Below are positions 55,663-64,000 of a stretch of DNA of 64,000 nucleotides, piece after piece. Below the pieces are notes generated by a model. It made no database searches. It was not told where the DNA came from and was given only the letters and a program-made list of their open reading frames with translations. Positions within the stretch are counted from its first letter, which is position 1. Each line of letters starts with the position of its first letter. The stretch is from Eledone cirrhosa (taxonomy: Eukaryota), in the NCBI GenBank assembly GCA_964016885.1, contig OZ024743.1, forward strand, positions 160,084,001 to 160,148,000. The letters are read 5' to 3'. A program made the position numbers and the translations under genes.

Positions 55663-55663
<1 letters not shown>
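54396..55663 (-). CDS. PLE RT-thumb, linker and GIY-YIG endonuclease; uninterrupted frame but 5'-truncated (MYIY start is a microsatellite artefact)
   Basis: [68 protein letters not shown]. Confidence 0.9.
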
Positions 55664-55694
<31 letters not shown>

Positions 55695-55726
55695 TATATA
55701 CATATATAGATATACATATATGTATA

Positions 55727-55846
<120 letters not shown>

Positions 55847-56239
55847 TAGATATACTGCCGTGTAGATTTCACCTTCAACGCTTGACCCGCTCTACCTACT
55901 CCCCTATCGTTCTGCAGGCAAGTTCAGCCACCCCCACCCCGCACCAACTGACATGATAGACTTTTCTGTGTCTGCTACAAATTTTGACCAATCCTCTTGA
56001 CAACTACAATTTTCCCATATAAAGAAGTACCCCTTCAAAATTTCGGCTGTTTACCAGACTAAAAAAACTCTTACTTTGGTCCAGAAATAGCCGTCGAAAC
56101 GTCTTGAGCTCTGCCGTCGGGGTCATACTTTCTCCTATTATCCATTATACCCCCCCCCCTAAGTATTGAGTACTCTGGTCCATCTGGTTCCTTACCACAA
56201 CTCCTTCGTTATATATATTTATATATATATAGTTTTGTT

Positions 56240-56870
56240 GACAAATATATCAATGTGGCCAGACACGCAGATATATTTCCCTTGGTATGACAGTGTGGTT
56301 TTAGCTCAATGTAGGATAACTAGTATACTACAGAGCCGTTATAGGTTTAGGAATAACCAAAGAGTGCTTAGAAATACATTATTTTATTCGCTAACAGTGT
56401 TTCATCCGTAACCTAAGGCAGGAATCATCAGAGCCTATAAACAAGAGTATATCAATAGTTGCAGCTCCATCAGGCTGCGCCACCAGAACAAGGTTAAAGG
56501 ACCAGCAGGGGGTTCCCGAGGCCAGCGCTATATAGATAAAGACAATACATGACGCATATAATGTCATAAAATGTCATAAAAAATGTCATAAAAAATTACA
56601 TCAAAGATCACATCAAAAATGTATCACTTACATGGTGATAAGGAGGTTGGGAGAGGGTAGCAAGGAATGAGTGAAGATGTTACTCAGCATGATCAAAAAC
56701 AATAAAAAACAATAAAAAACACAGAAACAAAAAAACAAAAAAAAAGCAAAGCATAGATACATCAAAGCACAAGCAGTGTAAATACAGGATGTACAGGCAG
56801 ATTAAGAGAGTCTGCAAGCATGAGTCTGTGAGAAGGATGGTGGTGCAGCTTTACGTGTAGGATCGTCTAT
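56240..56870 (-). mobile_element. Family-B element with intact-core HHR at 56390-56434
   Basis: gct CTGATGA t TCC..GGA t GAAA cactg TT agc. Homologous to 30740-31400. Confidence 0.8.
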
Positions 56871-56965
56871 AGTATAGGTTCTCAACGGGGGGGGGGGGGG
56901 GCGTTTCGTTGCTCGAGGGAGGCGTTATGCTGTGAGGTGGCGTTAGGGGGCGTTGTTATGCAGTA

Positions 56966-57138
56966 GAATAAATGTTCGGTGAATCCATACGTACATATAT
57001 GTATGTGCGCATGTATGTATATATATATACATACTACTGTACGTCTGTATAGATATATGTATGTAGGTGTACATACTTATATTTAAGTAACAGCCGTACT
57101 AAGAGTAGGAAATGAAATTTCGTTTCATTTTTTCCGTT
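56966..57138 (+). mobile_element. Family-A 3' fragment
   Basis: Matches 49187-49356. Confidence 0.8.
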
Positions 57139-57157
57139 TATATATATATATATATAA

Positions 57158-57274
<117 letters not shown>

Positions 57275-57691
57275 TACATACATATATATATATATAAATC
57301 TACATATATATATATATATATATAAATATACATACATATATATATATAAATATATATACATATACATATATATATACATACATATATATATAAATATACA
57401 TACATACATATATATATACATATGCATACATACATATATATATAAATATACATACATATATATATAAATATACATACATACATATATACATAAATATACA
57501 TACATACATATATATATATAAATCTACATACATACATATATAGAAATCTACATATATATAAATCTACATACATACATACATTTACGTATGTATATAGCTA
57601 TGCATTTATACATTTGTATATATACATGCATTTATATTTAAGTGTGTAAGGTTAAATATATATATATGTGTGTGTGCGTAATATATATATT

Positions 57692-57725
<34 letters not shown>

Positions 57726-57727
57726 TT

Positions 57728-57850
57728 ATGCAGTGTGACCAGAAGCTTGTTTCCCAACCACATATTTCCGGGTTCAGTCCCACTGCCCGGGCCGACCAAA
57801 GCCCTGTGAGTGGATTTGATAGATCGAAACTAAAAGAAGCCTGTCGTATA
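57728..57850 (+). mobile_element. Second tRNA-derived SINE family (internally deleted)
   Basis: B-box-like gggttcagtccc followed by ggccgaccaaagcc..gtgagtggatttg..gaaact.aaagaagcc.gtcg. Confidence 0.65.
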
Positions 57851-58010
57851 TATGTATATATGTCTGTGTGTGTCTTTGCGTTTGTGTTTGCCCTCCCACC
57901 AATGCTTGTTGGTTTGTAGACGTCCCCATAACATACCAAGGTGATGCTCCAGCATGGCGTAGTCCAGAGACAGAAAAACAAGTAAAATATGTCCGTGTGT
58001 GTGTGTGTAG

Positions 58011-58185
58011 AAGGGGGCTCTCAAACTCAAGGACACAAAAGGGCTATTACGTCCTGGAGGAGAGGCACAGGGGGCCAAACATGGTGGTGGGTGAACATTT
58101 CCACCAGTTATAATGCGATATAAAATATGGGTTCTACCACGGGCCACAGATAAGTAGTTCGCGGGCCGCATGTGTGAGCCCCCTG
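58011..58185. mobile_element. Possible small hAT-type MITE
   Basis: Imperfect TIRs agggggctctca / tgtgagccccctg and an internal gcgggccgca motif. Confidence 0.5.
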
Positions 58186-58274
58186 TTGGGGATAGATAGA
58201 TAGATGTGTACCAAACACAGACACATTTCTTACTCTCTCTGTCCCTCCCTCTTTCTCTCTTCATTTATATATAC

Positions 58275-58394
<120 letters not shown>

Positions 58395-58551
58395 TGGAAT
58401 AAATGCTCTGAAATAGCGATATATATGTGAATATAGACATAGAATATTCGAAAATATTCTGTATGTTTATAATAAACATTTTGAAGACCTAATCGCTATA
58501 GAATAGAATACGTCACGTATTACAATTAGATTCTCGATAAAAGCAAGGGAA

Positions 58552-58594
58552 GTAATCTACGCGTTTCATTCTTGTTAGAAATCATCAGGACTAC
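58552..58594 (-). ncRNA. Hammerhead ribozyme (310-bp unit, inverted block)
   Basis: Reverse complement of the 59144-59186 motif. Confidence 0.9.
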
Positions 58595-59143
58595 ATATCC
58601 AGTGCTTTTATCGAGAATGACACAGCTAGAGACTTATAGAATACTTAGCTGTGTACAGGAACTGGTTTGAAAGAGCGGTTGCCGGTCCGGCAGAAATTAG
58701 AAATTGGAATAAATGCTCTGAAATAGCGATATATATGTGAATATAGACATAGAATATTCGAAAATATTCTGTATGTTTATAATAAACATTTTGAAGACCT
58801 AATCGCTATAGAATAGAATACGTCACGTATTACAATTAGATTCTCGATAAAAGCAAGGGAAGTAATCTACGCGTTTCATTCTTGCTTTTATCGAGAATCA
58901 AATTGTAATACGTGACGTATTCTATTCTATAGCGATTAGGTCTTCAAAATGTTTATTATAAACATACAGAATATTTTCGAATATTCTATGTCTATATTCA
59001 CATATATATCGCTATTTCAGAGCATTTATTCCAATTTCTAATTTCTGCCGGACCGGCAACCGCTCTTTCAAACCAGTTCCTGTACACAGCTAAGTATTCT
59101 ATAAGTCTCTAGCTGTGTCATTCTCGATAAAAGCACTGGATAT

Positions 59144-59186
59144 GTAGTCCTGATGATTTCTAACAAGAATGAAACGCGTAGATTAC
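59144..59186 (+). ncRNA. Hammerhead ribozyme, copy 1
   Basis: gtagtc CTGATGA t TTCT aaca AGAA t GAAA cgcg TA gattac. Predicted cleavage after 59180. Confidence 0.92.
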
Positions 59187-59453
59187 TTCCCTTGCTTTTA
59201 TCGAGAATCTAATTGTAATACGTGACGTATTCTATTCTATAGCGATTAGGTCTTCAAAATGTTTATTATAAACATACAGAATATTTTCGAATATTCTATG
59301 TCTATATTCACATATATATCGCTATTTCAGAGCATTTATTCCAATTTCTAATTTCTGCCGGACCGGCAACCGCTCTTTCAAACCAGTTCCTGTACACAGC
59401 TAAGTATTCTATAAGTCTCTAGCTGTGTCATTCTCGATAAAAGCACTGGATAT

Positions 59454-59496
59454 GTAGTCCTGATGATTTCTAACAAGAATGAAACGCGTAGATTAC
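59454..59496 (+). ncRNA. Hammerhead ribozyme, copy 2
   Basis: Identical motif at +310. Confidence 0.92.
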
Positions 59497-59763
59497 TTCC
59501 CTTGCTTTTATCGAGAATCTAATTGTAATACGTGACGTATTCTATTCTATAGCGATTAGGTCTTCAAAATGTTTATTATAAACATACAGAATATTTTCGA
59601 ATATTCTATGTCTATATTCACATATATATCGCTATTTCAGAGCATTTATTCCAATTTCTAATTTCTGCCGGACCGGCAACCGCTCTTTCAAACCAGTTCC
59701 TGTACACAGCTAAGTATTCTATAAGTCTCTAGCTGTGTCATTCTCGATAAAAGCACTGGATAT

Positions 59764-59806
59764 GTAGTCCTGATGATTTCTAACAAGAATGAAACGCGTA
59801 GATTAC
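59764..59806 (+). ncRNA. Hammerhead ribozyme, copy 3
   Basis: Identical motif at +620. Confidence 0.92.
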
Positions 59807-60073
59807 TTCCCTTGCTTTTATCGAGAATCTAATTGTAATACGTGACGTATTCTATTCTATAGCGATTAGGTCTTCAAAATGTTTATTATAAACATACAGA
59901 ATATTTTCGAATATTCTATGTCTATATTCACATATATATCGCTATTTCAGAGCATTTATTCCAATTTCTAATTTCTGCCGGACCGGCAACCGCTCTTTCA
60001 AACCAGTTCCTGTACACAGCTAAGTATTCTATAAGTCTCTAGCTGTGTCATTCTCGATAAAAGCACTGGATAT

Positions 60074-60116
60074 GTAGTCCTGATGATTTCTAACAAGAAT
60101 GAAACGCGTAGATTAC
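60074..60116 (+). ncRNA. Hammerhead ribozyme, copy 4
   Basis: Identical motif at +930. Confidence 0.92.
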
Positions 60117-60245
60117 TTCCCTTGCTTTTATCGAGAATCTAATTGTAATACGTGACGTATTCTATTCTATAGCGATTAGGTCTTCAAAATGTTTATTATA
60201 AACATACAGAATATTTTCGAATATTCTATGTCTATATTCATATAT

Positions 60246-60320
<75 letters not shown>

Positions 60321-60358
60321 GGGGGGGGGGCGTTGTTATTTGGCGTTGTTGAAAAGAG

Positions 60359-62289
60359 CAGTGGCAATAAAAAACTGTAGACAAAATTCTTTCTGTACCC
60401 AAACCAATATATATATACATAGATAGATACACAGACACACACAAACACACATAGCCACGCACACACGCACACACACACACATACACACACACATACACAC
60501 ACACAAACTTGTGTGTGTGTGTGTGTATGTGTGTGTGCGTATGTGCGTGCGTGTCTATGTGTGTTTGTGTGTGTCTGTGTATCTATCTATGTATATATAT
60601 ATATATAAGGGATACAAATACTACTTTCTCACTGTCCCCAAGCATCATTCGTTGCTAAGTATTTTATTTTACTACGAGGTATTTTATTTTGCAAGGTACT
60701 ATTTTTCCCCTGAGTTTGTGATTTCAGAGAAAGGTAAGAAATTCTTCATATTTTACATCTTTTGTATTTTGACTTTACAGTTTGAATTGTAGAATTGTTT
60801 ATCCAATCAAAATATTACAATAGCTAACAGTGAAATATAGAATTTAAAAAAAAAAGCGTTTTCGACTGAAATCAAGTCTTTGAGAACATTCACGTCTATT
60901 TTTCAAAAATATATAATTTGAAATAGTTTGCTTTTGTTTTGGATTGAAACTTCTTTTGTATTTAATTCGTACGGGTATTTCTTAAAGATCATTCTAACAT
61001 AACTTGATTTGGCCCATTACGTGCACTGCGGCATTCATATTTCTCAACTTATTATAACTAAGTCTGTACAAGAAGCTTCACTTATCAAAAATGTTCTAGG
61101 TTGCGTGAATGAATTGCGGAAACTATATAGTACATCAGGAAAATTTAAGCAAGCGTATTTATCACAACATGATGAAGAAAATGAAGTATCGTCACCACGC
61201 TCCTTAACACCTGTGTGCCCTACTCGATGGCTAACACGACTTTCTGCAGTCAAAGCCCTTCTTGACAATTATTCAGATGTCCCTATTTCTTTACAAGAGG
61301 CAACAAATGAGTTTGGCACCAACATTGCATCCAGAGCTAATGTTATTCTTACGTGTCACTCTCCGGGCCAATGTGTGCTTGGATTGCACGTTGTAGTTCA
61401 ATTACTTCAATTCCTTGAAGGATTGAACAAATATTTTCAAAGTACCACCTTCAATCTAGGTAGCATGTTGCATAGTGTCAAACTGGTACAGGGGGAGCTA
61501 AAAATATCTACGCAGTGAAGAAAAATTTCAGATGTTCAATACAGCAGAAAAAATTATTTATCAACTCGATATCTCTCCTTTGGAGCTACCCAGGCAATGA
61601 AAAGTTCCTAAAAGATACCAGGAATGGAAATGTTTGTGCTGAAGTGATCATACAGTATCCAGAGCTTGATGAATTTTCTTTAAGGAACGAAATATTTTTT
61701 TATAGAAATCATCATAGTGGATCATCTCTCGAGGATCATCGTAAAATATTCGGTGAAATGTAACCAGAAGTCCGTCGCTTGTTTCTAAATGATGTGCGAT
61801 TGTTCAGGCTACTTTTAATGTTTCCAACCAGTTCTTGTGAAGCTGAAAGATCTTTTAGCGCTCTGCAGAGACTCAAAACTTGGTTGCGATCGACCATGAT
61901 TTAGCAAAGGTTGAATCATATTCTAATATGAGACGTTCATAAAGATGTTTTGAAAAAGATTAGTTGTGAAGAAGTTGCTAAATTATTTATTGACAGCAAT
62001 GATGCGAGATATGATACATTTGGAAAGTTCTAAAAGACAATAAATTTACTTTATATGATTTTTATTCAAAGTCTATGTTTTATTTTTTTGTTTATTTGAT
62101 ATAATAAATACTTTTTAAGCTTATTTTTTTTTTATATCTGAACTTCATTTGAATATATAAAATTTAATTAGCGTAAAGAAATGTTTACTTATGTGATAGG
62201 GTTCAGGAAAGACACCAAAAGTAATACTAAAATGCTCCAACAAATGTTGGTTTGTCCCCCTCACATGTTTAAGGCAAACGAGGCCCCTG
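60359..62289 (+). mobile_element. Defective hAT DNA transposon with 8-bp TSD
   Basis: gaaaagag at 60351-60358 and 62290-62297. Ends cagtggc / gcccctg. Confidence 0.75.
61009..62033 (+). pseudogene. hAT transposase C-terminal part (ZMYM1-like, dimerisation domain)
   Basis: YVHC..H, CPTRWLTR, PTSSCEAERSFSALQRLKTWLRSTM..RLN. Contains stops and frameshifts. Confidence 0.88.
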
Positions 62290-63027
62290 GAAAAGAGCAA
62301 CATTATTTACTGACCCGTTCATCACCGTGATCGGCTTGACCTCGATACTTCAGCTCATTCTTACTAACATTCGGTTTGCTTGACCCCATCTTATCTTCAT
62401 TGCATTTCCACATCATTTATTCTATAACTAGGTTGTTGCTATTCCTATATAAACTGACTGTTTATACTACGATCAAGTCTTGTTATAGCCTTGGGTTTAA
62501 GGAAGTGCTTTTGTAGTCTTCAACAGTCATCAATTATAATTGCAGCACCATTACAAGAATATCACAGTGATGCATTAAGTTAAGGGCGATAATTTGCGTA
62601 ACTCTGACTAATAAGTAATGTCTTAACTTAGTATTATCGCGTCTTATCACTACGTGCTTAATTGATGAATTCCATTTCAAAATAGCACATTACTAGTCAT
62701 TCTTGCATTAAGTTCTCTTGAACTCGTTGCCTCGTTGATCCTTTATTCAGTCTGCCACCTTAATTCCCTCAAGCTAAGTTATTACTATTCCTACATGAAA
62801 GACTGGTTAATCGTCATATATAACTTGTCTCGACTTGGTTAATTAATGACAGTATTTGTCTTTTTCATTGCAGTTTTGTTTATTACAAAGTGTTATTCCA
62901 GAACATTACTTGAAACTTTATCATACTGGAACAGGACTCATTATAGTAAGTTCCTTATACATAATTGTATAGGCTTATATAGGCAAATCTTTGCGTAACT
63001 TTACCAGACATATTCGCTAAACAGAAA

Positions 63028-64000
63028 ATGGCCTCAGCAATGAAGAAAAAATGCAGGCAGTACAGCGTTGATTACTTACGGTTCGGATTCATCCCATCGC
63101 CGTCGAACCACCTGTCACCCATGTGTTTAATTTGCAGGGAGTCCTTTTCGAATGAGGCGATGAAGCCATCGCGTTTGAGTAGACACCTGAAGGTGAGGCA
63201 CCCCGATAAGAGATATAAAGATTTAGCATACTTTCAGTCTCTTAGGGACCAATTCCAGAAAACAACACTAATTTATTCTGCCTTTTCAAAAGTTGAAGCT
63301 TCAAATGTTGATGGACTTGTCGCATCTTACAATATTGCCAACATAATCGCAAGCCCCTGTCATCTCAGAAGTTCTTTCAACAGTACTACGTCAGAACCCG
63401 TTAAAGACCTTGAAATGTATTCCGTTGAGTAACGACTCAATAAAGAGACGCATGGACGAAATGGCGGAAAATGTTGAACAACAATTATGCAACATCTTGA
63501 AATCGACACAATTTGCTTTGCAACTTGATGAAAGCACACTTTCCGGGAATCAGTCCTTACTACTGGGATACGTGCGATTTTTCCACCAAAACGAAATGCA
63601 CGAGGAGCTTCTCTTCACTCTAAATCTAGCCACAGATACTAAAGGTGCCACGATCTTTGAATCTGTCAAGGGATACCTCGAAGAAAACGAGATACCTCTT
63701 AACAATATTGTATCATATGCTACGGACGGCGCAAGAGCAATGGTCGGCCAATATAAGGGTTTCGTCTCTATTCTGAAGAGGGAAAATCCATCTGTATTTG
63801 CTGTTCATTGTGTCATTCATCGACAACACTTGGCTGCGAAGAAACTCAGCGAGCCGCTGAGCAAGTCTTTGCAGGTAGCCATTGATGTCATCAATTATAT
63901 CAAACGCCATGCCCTCAATGAACGAATTTTCCGGCAACTGTGCGGAGATAATGACGAAGAATTCGTCAAGTTGCTCCTTCAAACTGAAGTGAGGTGGCTT
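63028..64000 (+). pseudogene. hAT Buster/Charlie-type transposase (BED finger plus DDE region), one frameshift near 63355, runs off the window
   Basis: RQYSVDYLRFGF, PMCLIC..SNEAMKPSRL..HL..RHP, PLSNDSIKRRMDEMA, FALQLDEST, ATDGA, HCVIHRQ, TEVRWL. Confidence 0.93.

Larger units (their letters stand above)
52003..55663 (-). mobile_element. 5'-truncated Penelope-like element with a ~2.4-kb 3' region and terminal HHR, bounded by (TA)n
   Basis: ORF, then UTR, then HHR at 52142-52185, then tail and TA, all on the minus strand. Continuity of the UTR is inferred. Confidence 0.75.

Overview
Eukaryotic, AT-rich, repeat-dominated DNA with long (TA)n, (CA)n and (AAT)n microsatellites and many tRNA-derived SINEs. 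The SINE types suggest an octopod mollusc, which is inference only. I found no credible host exon, and most ORFs in the supplied track are microsatellite artefacts. The real coding remnants are all transposon-derived: several Penelope-like elements (PLE; RT plus C-terminal GIY-YIG), an L1/Tx1-like LINE, an R4/Dong-like LINE and two hAT transposases, one nested in the other. The main signal is non-coding. About two dozen minimal type-I hammerhead ribozyme (HHR) motifs, from roughly ten sequence-unrelated families, sit in PLE terminal repeats and in short ORF-less elements. These elements are inserted in (TA)n tracts as inverted and/or tandem arrays. The best case is a near-perfect 310-bp head-to-tail array (58391-60240) with one intact HHR per unit, i.e. 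a retrozyme-like element predicted to release 310-nt monomers or circles. Several families show covarying stems, U3-A8 core swaps, long stem-II inserts and a shared extended stem-I bulge. All coordinates and folds were read by eye.
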